Assembly: GCA_039030515.1 (NCBI GenBank)
Contig: JBCCEA010000009.1
Location: 1 to 64,000, forward strand
Direction of reading: 5' to 3'
Length of the DNA: 64,000 nucleotides
From: Myxococcota bacterium
GTDB taxonomy: Bacteria > Myxococcota_A > Polyangia > Polyangiales > Houyiibacteriaceae
A program made the translations under genes and the position numbers. The notes beneath the pieces were generated by a model that saw nothing but the letters and a program-made list of their open reading frames with translations, made no database searches and was not told the DNA's origin. Shown one piece after another: positions 19,766 through 28,622 of this stretch. The stretch's first letter is position 1, and each line of letters begins with the position of its first letter.

Positions 19766-20185
19766 TCAGTCCTTCGCAAGCCTCTTACGACGTTTTACCC
19801 GCTTTCCTGGGCCGATAAAGTAACGACTCGACCGTTTTTCACCTTCTCGACGAAGCGCGCCCTCAGTGAGCAACTGCTTGAGCGGGCGAGCGAGCTCCTT
19901 AGTTGGGGTCTTTAGTCCAACCCCAATCTGCTCCATGCGCACACCCGGGTTTGCTTCGATATAAGTTAATAACGCCTTTCGCGCCTTGTCCATCGCTTCA
20001 GAGGAGCGACGTCGCCCTTTTCGCTCAATAGGGGCTCGGGACGAAATCGAAACAGGCTTTGCTCTTACGCTGGTGCCAGTAATGGCTTCTGCAACGGCAT
20101 CGATTGCAGCCTGCCGAACCAAATCGTTAAGTTCGTCTACAAAAGTATGAATCCGCGCATGGATCTGGCGGTCGATTTCGGACAT
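19766..20185 (-). CDS. Small basic DNA-binding protein (N-terminal helix + C-terminal winged HTH)
   Basis: 'LLTYIEANPGVRMEQIGVGLKTPTKELARPLKQLLTEGALRREGEKRSSRYF'; K/R-rich linker and tail; GAGG RBS. Confidence 0.75.
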   Translation of the reverse strand: MSEIDRQIHARIHTFVDELNDLVRQAAIDAVAEAITGTSVRAKPVSISSRAPIERKGRRRSSEAMDKARKALLTYIEANPGVRMEQIGVGLKTPTKELARPLKQLLTEGALRREGEKRSSRYFIGPGKRVKRRKRLAKD

Positions 20186-20371
20186 TCAACCTCTCTTACA
20201 ACGTCGAAACACGTCGACATTACGTCTCTTCAAAACGTCTGGAGCCAGTTTCTCTGCTCAAACGATGCAGGTGTCAAGTCGATAACGTAGTTATCAACTC
20301 AATATTTGAAACTGGAGCGCGCATGTCAGCGTAACGTTCTGCGGCAACTTATGTGTTCCATACCTCTACGG

Positions 20372-20998
20372 CTAAACCGAGGAGTCGGTACCCGCATCGC
20401 TACCCGTACCCGCATCGCTACCCGTACCCGCGTCCGTACCCGCATCGCTACCCTTGCCGGCGTCCGTCCCTGCATCGGTGCCCGCATCGCTACCAGCGTC
20501 CGTCCCTGCATCGGTGCCCGCATCGCTACCGGCGTCCGTGCCCGCGTCCGTACCCGCATCGCTTCCCTTGCCCGCATCGCTACCAGCGTCCGTGCCTGCA
20601 TCGGTGCCCGCATCGCTACCAGCGTCCGTGCCTGCATCACTTCCCTTGCCGGCGTCCGTCCCTGCATCACTTCCCTTGCCTGCATCGGTGCCTGCATCGC
20701 TACCCTTGCCGGCGTCCGTGCCTGCGTCGATTCCGATCACGGCATCACCCGGCATCGCATCGACAAGGGTTGCATCTGATGAAGCATCCCCGTCGCTTGC
20801 GTCATCCGTGGCATCGCTCGAGTCACCGGCATCATCAGTGGCATCCATTAGATCAAACCCGGAATCTTCCGGATCTACTCCCGTGTCAAAAGAAGCATCT
20901 TCATCAGAACCAAGACCGGAACGGTCAAAGTCAACCACAAGCTGACAACCGCAAAACATCGGCACAACCATCAGAGAACATCGCAATAACTGGTGCAT
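20372..20998 (-). CDS. Lipoprotein made almost entirely of DAG(T/S/KGS) repeats
   Basis: Lipobox-like 'PMFCGC'; more than 20 DAG units; 9 bp downstream of the PEGA gene. Confidence 0.75.
   Translation of the reverse strand: MHQLLRCSLMVVPMFCGCQLVVDFDRSGLGSDEDASFDTGVDPEDSGFDLMDATDDAGDSSDATDDASDGDASSDATLVDAMPGDAVIGIDAGTDAGKGSDAGTDAGKGSDAGTDAGKGSDAGTDAGSDAGTDAGTDAGSDAGKGSDAGTDAGTDAGSDAGTDAGTDAGSDAGTDAGTDAGKGSDAGTDAGTGSDAGTGSDAGTDSSV
20385..20730. repeat. Coding 12/18-bp minisatellite (DAGT/DAGS/DAGKGS)
   Basis: Repeated cgcatcgcta / gcgtccgtgcc / gcatcggtgcc units. Confidence 0.9.
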
Positions 20999-21007
20999 GA
21001 TTTTCCT

Positions 21008-22003
21008 CTAGAATTCGAGCTTTGCGCCGACTCCTGCCTCGGCAGGAGAAACCAAGGGTGTCACGGAGATGGAAGCGCTACGCTCCGTGTCCTGGTGTTC
21101 TGAATCTGGGCCGACAAAGGCCAGCACGATCGCTGTAACCGCCGCAGATGCGGAGAGGCCAAAAGCAAGATCGGCGAAAAGCGCATAGCGTTCTCCTCGA
21201 TCTGCTTTCGCATCACTGGGTCGCGAATCAAAACTGCTTTGCTCCGACAACGCAAGAAAGCCAAACACGGTTCCAGTCACCAGTGAAGCCCCGGCGATTC
21301 CAGCCGCGACCCAAACACCTTTTCGAGGACCACTGGTATCGTACTGCTCTGCCTCGTTCGGAATCAGAGGTGGATCTTCGATCGGTCCTCCCTCTCCCAT
21401 CAAGCCGGATGGCACCGGACTCGGAGGCGTCACGTCCAGCGTCGTGTCGAAACGGTCTCCGAAGGGTATCTCTACGTTTTTTTCAACAGTTCTCCCGGAA
21501 AAGGTCGCAGAGATCGTATGCAGGCCCTCAGGAAGCTCACCCTCGTAAGGAGCGGCACCGACCGGCATCCCATCGATCGAGAGAGACGCGCCTTGCGGTA
21601 CCGATCGAATTAAGATTTGTGCAGGGCGTTCTCGCAAACTCCTGATCCGTTCGCGCAAACTCTCTCGACCTTGCGACGCTGGAGCTTCGCTTAGATATCG
21701 CTCAAAAATCTCAACGGCTCCGGTAATCCAGCCGCGACGCTCCCGGGACTCGGCGATGGCAAGCAGAACAACCGGATTGGGAACGCTGCGATAGGCATCC
21801 CAGAACGCGACTTCGGCCGCTTCATAGTCCGCCGCGCGATACATCGCTTGGCCACGACTGTAGAACTCACGAGCGTGCTGTTGTCGTTCGCTATCGCTGA
21901 CGCTTGGCGACTGCGCCGAATCTTGGGCTCCTGCATGCATGGGGGTTGCGCAGTGCAGTAGGTAAGACGCCACCAGCAACGGTAGGAATTGGAGTTTTTG
22001 CAT
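21008..22003 (-). CDS. TPR + PEGA domain exported protein with C-terminal membrane anchor/beta-strand
   Basis: Signal peptide from ATG 22003; TPR 'AREFYSRGQAMYRAADYEAAEVAFWDAY'; PEGA 'IRSVPQGASLSIDG...LPEGLHTISAT'; C-terminus ends in Phe. Confidence 0.82.
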   Translation of the reverse strand: MQKLQFLPLLVASYLLHCATPMHAGAQDSAQSPSVSDSERQQHAREFYSRGQAMYRAADYEAAEVAFWDAYRSVPNPVVLLAIAESRERRGWITGAVEIFERYLSEAPASQGRESLRERIRSLRERPAQILIRSVPQGASLSIDGMPVGAAPYEGELPEGLHTISATFSGRTVEKNVEIPFGDRFDTTLDVTPPSPVPSGLMGEGGPIEDPPLIPNEAEQYDTSGPRKGVWVAAGIAGASLVTGTVFGFLALSEQSSFDSRPSDAKADRGERYALFADLAFGLSASAAVTAIVLAFVGPDSEHQDTERSASISVTPLVSPAEAGVGAKLEF

Positions 22004-22172
22004 CCCACTTCTCACCTTTCTACGCGAGACCGAGATCGTCGGAACGATACGCCCATAAGATGTGGTAGTCGTTTTCTTTTTCAGAAGGAAGATACAATAG
22101 TTATCGCTCATTCACCAGATGCGGAAGCGGTTTCGATAACTCGATCGGTCCTCCGTGTGTTCAGGTCGGAAG

Positions 22173-23918
22173 TTAAAGGTCGTCCTCGATCTTCGAAAGC
22201 AATTGTTCCTTGCGAAGCGCTTCGATCGACGTCGTACTGATGCGGCCCTTAGCATGAAGACTTCCTAGGTGGGCTTCGGTTCGTTCCAGAGCAGCCTGAA
22301 GTTCCAAGGAGCGTTGTTCACAGTGTGACGTATGCGATGCAATTCGTTTCGCGAATTTGGTGCGCTCTCTTTCCCACTTAAGCTGACTTTTCTCCAGCTC
22401 TCGGTGGCGACGCGCCAATTGGACCTCTAACTCGTCGATGCGGAGCTCCAGTTCCCGAATCGCCTGGTCCGACAAACAAGATTCAACGCTCGTTTTGAGA
22501 CACCCCGTATGCCCCAACTCATCGGGCAAAAGCAGCTCGCGCTCTCTGCTTCGTATTTCGAGTTCTCGCCGGCTCCGTGAGAGCTCCGCGCCGAGATCAT
22601 CCACAGTTTGACCGAGTGCGAGAAGACGCTCTCTTCGTAGCAGCTCGACAACGGCAAGCTCCTCGGAGGCCGACCTGGCCGCAGATACGGATTGATGAGC
22701 CTCTGCAAAGAGAATCTCTAGAGCGTGGAGATCCTCCTCCACTCGCTCGGGGTAAGGCGTGCGACACCTGAGTAGAAGATTCCGCATCAACTCATACCGC
22801 TCACGCCAAGTGGAGAATCCGAGATCGCTATGCAAGCTGTTTTCGCTGACGCCGCGAACGGTCAGCGCCTCAATACGTTCCGACTCGACCTCTCCTGTCT
22901 CGGAGGTCGTGCGTATTTGTTCGAACGCATCGCGCCTTACGTTCGTTTCAACCTCAGATGTCGGTCTGTTCGGAGAGCAACGGTCGTCGGGAGGCTCAGA
23001 ACTTAGAAGCTCGTTCACTCGAGCCAATTCCTCCAAGAAATGGTACGCATCTTGGAAACGCTCATTAGGGTCTTTGTTCAAACAGCGCAGAATAAACGCA
23101 TCGAGTGGCTCCTCCACACTCGGGTACCGCCGGCGAGGGGGAATCGGTGTTTCGGTCACGTGCTTGATGAGAAGATCGCTAGAGTAACGATAGTTAAAAG
23201 GCAGAGCCCCGGTGCTCATTTCGTAGAGCAGAACGCCGAGCGAGTACAGATCCGCACGGCCGTCAATTTCGGTTGATTGGATATACTCCGGGGCGATGTA
23301 GCCAGGGGTACCGAATATCTGTTGGCTACCGGTAAGGGATGGTGCGTCTAGAACTTTAGCGATGCCAAAGTCGAGTATTTTAACGAAGTCTTCACGGTTG
23401 TCTTGGCATAGCAGGAGAATATTTTCTGGTTTGAGGTCGCGATGCACGACACCCATCTGGTGAGCTCGAGCCAGACCCGAAGCGACTTGCCTCCCAATCC
23501 TAATGCATTTTCTGGCGGGGAAAGGTGCTCGCTGAAGTGCTTTTAGGAGTGACTGCCCTGGAACGTACTCCATCACAAGAAAACGAATGCCGTCTTCGGT
23601 TTCGCCAAAATCACTAATCTCAACGACATTTTCGTGATTTATGCGATTTACTGCCCTTGCCTCCCGGGTGAAACGACTTCGCTGCACTGGATCTTGCGCG
23701 AGGTCGCGACGCATCGCTTTTACCGCCACGAACCTATCGATCGCTACATGCCGAGCGAGATAAACCGAGCTCATCCCGCCGGATCCGAGTTTCGATATCA
23801 GCTGATATCGCCCACCTACAGTACAACCCAGCAATGGATCGTTCACTGAACCCGCCGGCGCACGAACCCGAGAGCCATACGCAACATGCGTTTCATCGCG
23901 TGGTGGACGGGCTTTCAC
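22173..23918 (-). CDS. Hanks-type Ser/Thr protein kinase with C-terminal coiled coil
   Basis: 'LGSGGMSSVY', 'VAVK', 'HRDLKPEN', 'DFG', 'GTPGYIAPE'; no TM segment. Confidence 0.95.
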   Translation of the reverse strand: MKARPPRDETHVAYGSRVRAPAGSVNDPLLGCTVGGRYQLISKLGSGGMSSVYLARHVAIDRFVAVKAMRRDLAQDPVQRSRFTREARAVNRINHENVVEISDFGETEDGIRFLVMEYVPGQSLLKALQRAPFPARKCIRIGRQVASGLARAHQMGVVHRDLKPENILLLCQDNREDFVKILDFGIAKVLDAPSLTGSQQIFGTPGYIAPEYIQSTEIDGRADLYSLGVLLYEMSTGALPFNYRYSSDLLIKHVTETPIPPRRRYPSVEEPLDAFILRCLNKDPNERFQDAYHFLEELARVNELLSSEPPDDRCSPNRPTSEVETNVRRDAFEQIRTTSETGEVESERIEALTVRGVSENSLHSDLGFSTWRERYELMRNLLLRCRTPYPERVEEDLHALEILFAEAHQSVSAARSASEELAVVELLRRERLLALGQTVDDLGAELSRSRRELEIRSRERELLLPDELGHTGCLKTSVESCLSDQAIRELELRIDELEVQLARRHRELEKSQLKWERERTKFAKRIASHTSHCEQRSLELQAALERTEAHLGSLHAKGRISTTSIEALRKEQLLSKIEDDL

Positions 23919-24024
23919 GAGACTTATTATGGTAACTCGCTTCGGGCCGACTCGGTAGTACCCGTGATGAAGCCGCTGTGTACACTTCCCGCCAAAGGCC
24001 GGTCGTTCAAATTAATAAGTCGAC

Positions 24025-24516
24025 TTATTCAGCATCAGCAAACCCTGCATCGACCAGGCCGGAATCCACTTCACCCGCATCGAGCACACCGGCATCGCCC
24101 GCGTCCACGACACCGGAGTCCACTTCACCCGCATCGAGCACACCGGCATCGCCCGCATCCACGACACCGGAGTCCACTTCACCCGCATCGAGCACACCGG
24201 TATCGCCCGCATCCACGACACCGGAGTCCACTTCACCCGCATCGAGCACATCGGTATCGCCCGCATCCACGACACCGGAGTCCACTTCACCTGCGTCGGG
24301 CACCGCAGTATTGCACTCGGAATCACAGGTGCCTCGCTCAGACGAAGCCGAGAGCCCACAGCAAATCAGACTTCCATTGCAGTCGTTGTTTTCCTTGCAG
24401 GGGTCTCCAGCCTCTCCTCCGCACGCTTCAAGCATCAAAAAGAGAGCCGTATGTGCGACGGCGCACCGCAGACAAGACTTTGGAACTATCGACGTAACGG
24501 CAAAGCGCGATGGCAC
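24025..24516 (-). CDS. Cys-rich lipoprotein with 18-aa DAG-containing repeats
   Basis: GTG 24516 with a GAGGAGGAG RBS; lipobox 'LEAC'; Cys-rich module 'CKENNDCNGSLICC...C...C'; repeats DAGEVDSGVVDAGD(T/A)(D/G)VL. Confidence 0.75.
   Translation of the reverse strand: MPSRFAVTSIVPKSCLRCAVAHTALFLMLEACGGEAGDPCKENNDCNGSLICCGLSASSERGTCDSECNTAVPDAGEVDSGVVDAGDTDVLDAGEVDSGVVDAGDTGVLDAGEVDSGVVDAGDAGVLDAGEVDSGVVDAGDAGVLDAGEVDSGLVDAGFADAE
24045..24300. repeat. Coding 54-bp tandem repeat (about 4.7 copies)
   Basis: Unit containing 'ccacttcacccgcatcgagcacaccggcatcgcccgcatccacgacaccggagt'. Confidence 0.9.
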
Positions 24517-24663
24517 GTGACTCCTCCTCACATCCAGCAAATCAGGTTCTCCCTCGGGAGCAAACATGATGTGCCTCAATGCGGTGGGGGATGCACGTCG
24601 GGACGGACTTCTACAATGCCGCCTGGCCATCAGAGAAGTCATTGCTACCCTGGCGAAGTACGG

Positions 24664-25671
24664 ATGAGCGATATTCCAGTCACACCAACTTTTTCTTGCG
24701 AAGATTTACCACCTAAGAGTTTCAGTCTTGATGAGTCAAAGCCGGCGTCTGAGCTCGACATCCGAGCGGGTCGCTGTGCAATCGTCGGCCCGCCCAACGT
24801 TGGAAAGTCGACCCTTCTGAATCTGTTCCTCGGCCAGAGACTCGCTATCGTGACGACAACTCCGGGAACGACCCGAACATGTTTGCTGGGTGTCCACGAG
24901 AGCAGAGACCCGAGAACCCAGATAGCTTTTGTGGATACTCCAGGATTGCATCGCCCGAAAAGTGCACTCGGCAAAGTCCTTCTCGAGGAGGCCAAACAAG
25001 GTCTGTTGGCCACGGACTGTGTGCTTCTGATGGTGGAAGCCAGCCGTTCGGAGGCCAAAGCGGTAGAGTTGGACTCCGAGGATGCAAAGATGTTGCGCAT
25101 CGCGAGCGACGTGGGGTGCCCGGTGATACTTGCGATCAATAAGGTCGACCATCTTCGTCAAAAGTCACTGCTGCTCCCTCAACTGCAGTCCTGGAGTCGT
25201 CGATACGACTTTGCTGCCTTAGTTCCAATTTCAGCCAAAGAACAGTTCAATACGGACCGTCTGCTGGCCGAGATTCGAGCTTTGTTGCCTGAGGGACTAC
25301 TCTACGAAAACGATTTCTTAACCGACAAACCAACCCGCTTCTTTGCGGCAGAGCTGATCCGCGAGGCACTGCTAAGGCACACGAGAGCAGAAATTCCTCA
25401 CGGCATCGCGGTCCATATCGAGGAGTACCTCGATGATTCGGACATCGTTGAAATCCGAGCGGTCGTGGTAGTCGAGAAGGATTCACACAAAAGCATCGTG
25501 ATCGGCGCACAGGGCAGCCTGCTCAAAACCGTAGGCAGTGAGGCACGAGCAAACATCGAGGCGCTCATTGAAAAGAAAGTCATGCTGAAACTTTGGGTCA
25601 AGGTAGTTCGGGAGTGGACTGCAAGTCCGGCCAAGGCTCGCGAATTGGTGGGCTCCTCCCAAAACCTGTGA
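24664..25671 (+). CDS. era: GTPase Era
   Basis: 'GPPNVGKST', 'DTPG', 'NKVD', KH domain 'IVIGAQG...LWVKV'. Start set at ATG 24664. Confidence 0.93.
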   Translation: MSDIPVTPTFSCEDLPPKSFSLDESKPASELDIRAGRCAIVGPPNVGKSTLLNLFLGQRLAIVTTTPGTTRTCLLGVHESRDPRTQIAFVDTPGLHRPKSALGKVLLEEAKQGLLATDCVLLMVEASRSEAKAVELDSEDAKMLRIASDVGCPVILAINKVDHLRQKSLLLPQLQSWSRRYDFAALVPISAKEQFNTDRLLAEIRALLPEGLLYENDFLTDKPTRFFAAELIREALLRHTRAEIPHGIAVHIEEYLDDSDIVEIRAVVVVEKDSHKSIVIGAQGSLLKTVGSEARANIEALIEKKVMLKLWVKVVREWTASPAKARELVGSSQNL

Positions 25672-25733
25672 CGATTCCGGTCAACACCTTCTCCCTCTAA
25701 CCTCAACCCTCCTCCTTTTTCGGCTTTCAGCTC

Positions 25734-27116
25734 ATGTCTCGCAAACGCAGCCGCAACAGTACGTACAACCCGATTCCTGCGGATGCGGACGCATCTGGAC
25801 GACCTTTGGTAGCGATCGTGGGTCGCCCTAACGTGGGCAAGAGCACGCTGTTCAACCGACTTGTCGGCAGAAGAATCGCTATCGTAGAGGACGTGGAGGG
25901 AGTCACGCGAGATCGCAACTACGCTGATGCTCGTGTCTATGGACGGGAATACGTCCTTATCGATACCGGCGGCTTTGATCCGGAAAGTGACGACCCGATG
26001 CGTGAAGGGATCGTTTCCCACGTACGGCTGGCTCTTGAGGAGTGCGACCTCGTGATCTGCGTCTTGGACGCCGCCAGTGAAGCGACGCAAGCCGATCGGG
26101 AAGCGGTTCATCTCCTTCGCCAAGGCGAAAAACCAGTGCTCTGGGTGGCGAACAAGGCAGAGTCTTTTGCGAACAAGATCCAGTCTTCGAGTCTCTACGA
26201 GTTAGGGGTGGACACAATTTTTCCGGTGAGCGCACTGCACGGTAACGGCGTGGGCGACCTTGAGGAGGCCCTCGCGAACGGACTTCCTGCAGAGCAGCCC
26301 GTGAACGCCCTCAGCTTCGACCGCGAACTGCCAAGGGTAGCCATCGTGGGCCGCCCGAACGCCGGTAAGTCATCGCTGCTAAATCGGCTGTTAAAGGACG
26401 AAAGGCAGCTGGTCGACGATCGCCCGGGCACCACTGTCGACAGCATCGATGCCCTGGTCCCGCATGAGGAGGGCCCGTTGGTGGTGATCGACACCGCAGG
26501 GATTCGACGCAAGCGAGCGGTCAAGCGCAAAGGAGGCGTGGAAGCACTGAGTGTCGTGTCTGCAATTCGGGCCATGGAACGAAGCGATCTTGTGGTGCTG
26601 ATGATCGACGCAAACGAGGGCATTGCCGAGCAGGATGCAAAAATCGCGGGGCTTGCAGAAGAGCGAGGTCGCGCCTTGGTGATCGGACTAAACAAGACCG
26701 ATCTGCTCGATTCAGAATCGCGAAAACGTCTCGAAGCCCGCACCCGAGAGGTGCTTGCTTTTGCGCCTTGGGCACCGATGGTCCATCTCAGCGCAAAGTC
26801 TGGACGAGGCGTAGAACGACTACTGCAAACCTGCCGAAGAATCTGCGCGGAGCACCGAAAGCGGATCAGTACTGCCAAGGTCAACCGGTTCTTCGAACAG
26901 GTACTGGAAACGCACCCGCCACCGACGCATCACCATCGGCCGGTAAGGCTCTACTACATTACGCAAGCAAGAGCATCTCCCCCTACATTTGTAGTGTCGA
27001 CCAATCGTCCCGAAGGAGTCCACTTCAGCTACAAACGGTACGTGGTGAATCAGCTGCGGCGTGCCTTTGGATTTGAAGGGACTCCTGTGTTCGTCCGATA
27101 CCGCGGCAAAAACTGA
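25734..27116 (+). CDS. der: Ribosome biogenesis GTPase Der (EngA)
   Basis: Two G domains 'GRPNVGKSTLFN' and 'GRPNAGKSSLLN'; C-terminal 'FGFEGTP'. Confidence 0.97.
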   Translation: MSRKRSRNSTYNPIPADADASGRPLVAIVGRPNVGKSTLFNRLVGRRIAIVEDVEGVTRDRNYADARVYGREYVLIDTGGFDPESDDPMREGIVSHVRLALEECDLVICVLDAASEATQADREAVHLLRQGEKPVLWVANKAESFANKIQSSSLYELGVDTIFPVSALHGNGVGDLEEALANGLPAEQPVNALSFDRELPRVAIVGRPNAGKSSLLNRLLKDERQLVDDRPGTTVDSIDALVPHEEGPLVVIDTAGIRRKRAVKRKGGVEALSVVSAIRAMERSDLVVLMIDANEGIAEQDAKIAGLAEERGRALVIGLNKTDLLDSESRKRLEARTREVLAFAPWAPMVHLSAKSGRGVERLLQTCRRICAEHRKRISTAKVNRFFEQVLETHPPPTHHHRPVRLYYITQARASPPTFVVSTNRPEGVHFSYKRYVVNQLRRAFGFEGTPVFVRYRGKN

Positions 27117-27119
27117 ACA

Positions 27120-27902
27120 CTAGATAGGGGTTCCGTTGGGACCGAGGATCGACTCGATTCGATTCTGATCGAACCCTACGACAAGCGTGCCTCGCACATC
27201 GATCACCGGAATCGATCCCAGCGGAATCCCGCTTGCTCGAGCTTTCCGTTGAAGCTCGGCACTTGCAGAGGAGTCGCGCTCGATATTTTTCTCGACAAAT
27301 GAAATTCCGCGTCCTCGAAAATAATGCGCTGCCGAGCGACATGCACCGCACCACTCTGCTCCGTAGATCACAATGCTGGCATTCGAAGATGCGGCCGGCG
27401 CCTTCTGCTTTCCACTCACTCCCGAGGCCTGGTCGACTTGACGATCAAAAAACTCTCGTCGGTAGAGCCTCACGGGATAGGTGCTGTGGTCTTGCGCCTC
27501 GCGAAGGTCTGCAACGTAAACGTACTCCGGATCCAGACGCTCCGATGGGGAAAGCTCAAGCGAGTCGACGCGCACCCATTGCCGGTGAGACTCTGGAACA
27601 TCACTTCGTCTGCTGGCGGTATGCACTCCGAATTCGTCAAACCATACGAGCAGCAACCCCTCTGTGTCCCCGAGAACATCAAAAGGCGGCGAGACGAGCT
27701 CACCCTTCGATGAATCTGCGGAAGGGACGGTCTCGCTTCCGGAGGTGCCCTCAGCGGAGAGCAGGTCGCAACCCGTACAAAGAATCATACCCAAAACAGA
27801 CAAGCGACCAAAACAGACGATCTGGCGCGACCTAAAGCTCCGGTAACACTCTCGGTTCACCATCGAGCTTCCGGTGCGACTTCGCGGATCCCTGACGGAC
27901 AA
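27120..27902 (-). CDS. Exported lipoprotein with C-terminal glutaredoxin (NrdH-like) domain (start uncertain)
   Basis: Lipobox 'LCTGC'; 'IYGAEWCGAC', 'SIPVIDV', 'VGFD'. Confidence 0.78.
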   Translation of the reverse strand: MSVRDPRSRTGSSMVNRECYRSFRSRQIVCFGRLSVLGMILCTGCDLLSAEGTSGSETVPSADSSKGELVSPPFDVLGDTEGLLLVWFDEFGVHTASRRSDVPESHRQWVRVDSLELSPSERLDPEYVYVADLREAQDHSTYPVRLYRREFFDRQVDQASGVSGKQKAPAASSNASIVIYGAEWCGACRSAAHYFRGRGISFVEKNIERDSSASAELQRKARASGIPLGSIPVIDVRGTLVVGFDQNRIESILGPNGTPI

Positions 27903-27905
27903 AAC

Positions 27906-28478
27906 CTATCGTCTCCCCTGATACTGCACAGCCAAATGCGCCACTTGCCGCTGACACTCAGGCTGTAGCTCCTCCACTTTTTGGAGCGACGTCTGACTGC
28001 GACGGATCGCATCAGTCGCCTTTTTCGCGATCTCGGGCGGCACCCTATGCTCCGCATCCTCACTCTCGAGCCGCTTGACCAAAAGCTGCGCCGTATCGGC
28101 TTCATCCTCGGCACCGAGAAGCGCTCGATGGTAGGCCACGCAAACTCGCTGCGCACGAAGCACCGGTTCGGTTTGAAACCCAAGTGCCTCCAGCGCATTC
28201 ACTTGGGTGCGGCGGGTCTCTGCATCGACCGCAACATCGATAGAGCGCACTCGATCCACCAAAAGCCCGGATTCGTTGGCGACGTCGCCTTGTTGCACGC
28301 ACCCAACCGAGAAAAAACAGGGCAGCATAACGAGCGTCCCAAAACGAGCTAGGTCAAAACGACACGCGACGCGCCGACCACCGTGCGAAACTCGCGACTG
28401 AAATCGGCAGGAAGTATAGCTCCTGTCAAACACCTTCATGCTGAGCGTAAGCGTACGGTGCCCCCCTTTGGAACGCAA
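27906..28478 (-). CDS. Hypothetical lipoprotein (true start probably downstream)
   Basis: Lipobox-like 'FSVGC'; helical domain with two Cys; abuts the glutaredoxin gene. Confidence 0.55.
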   Translation of the reverse strand: MRSKGGHRTLTLSMKVFDRSYTSCRFQSRVSHGGRRVACRFDLARFGTLVMLPCFFSVGCVQQGDVANESGLLVDRVRSIDVAVDAETRRTQVNALEALGFQTEPVLRAQRVCVAYHRALLGAEDEADTAQLLVKRLESEDAEHRVPPEIAKKATDAIRRSQTSLQKVEELQPECQRQVAHLAVQYQGRR

Positions 28479-28622
28479 AGCTGCCCTGCTCGAACCATCG
28501 CAAAACGCGCTCGCGTCTCGGGCCCAACGTCCCTGAATTCAACCTATCGTCGAACGAGAGGACTCGTACTTCGAACGGGTTCGGTCCACCGAACCTGAGG
28601 GACATGCTACAACGTCGAGGTC

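Noticed and set aside
20306..21000. Several long alternative-frame ORFs (RIAT, HRYP, PASV repeats)
   Set aside because: Stop-free shadows of the DAG minisatellite; only the lipobox-bearing frame is credible.
23886..24520. Plus-strand His/Pro- or Ser/Thr/Pro-rich ORFs
   Set aside because: Antisense shadows of the 54-bp repeat lipoprotein.
24664..27116. era-der adjacency as a novelty
   Set aside because: Known arrangement in delta-proteobacteria/myxobacteria.
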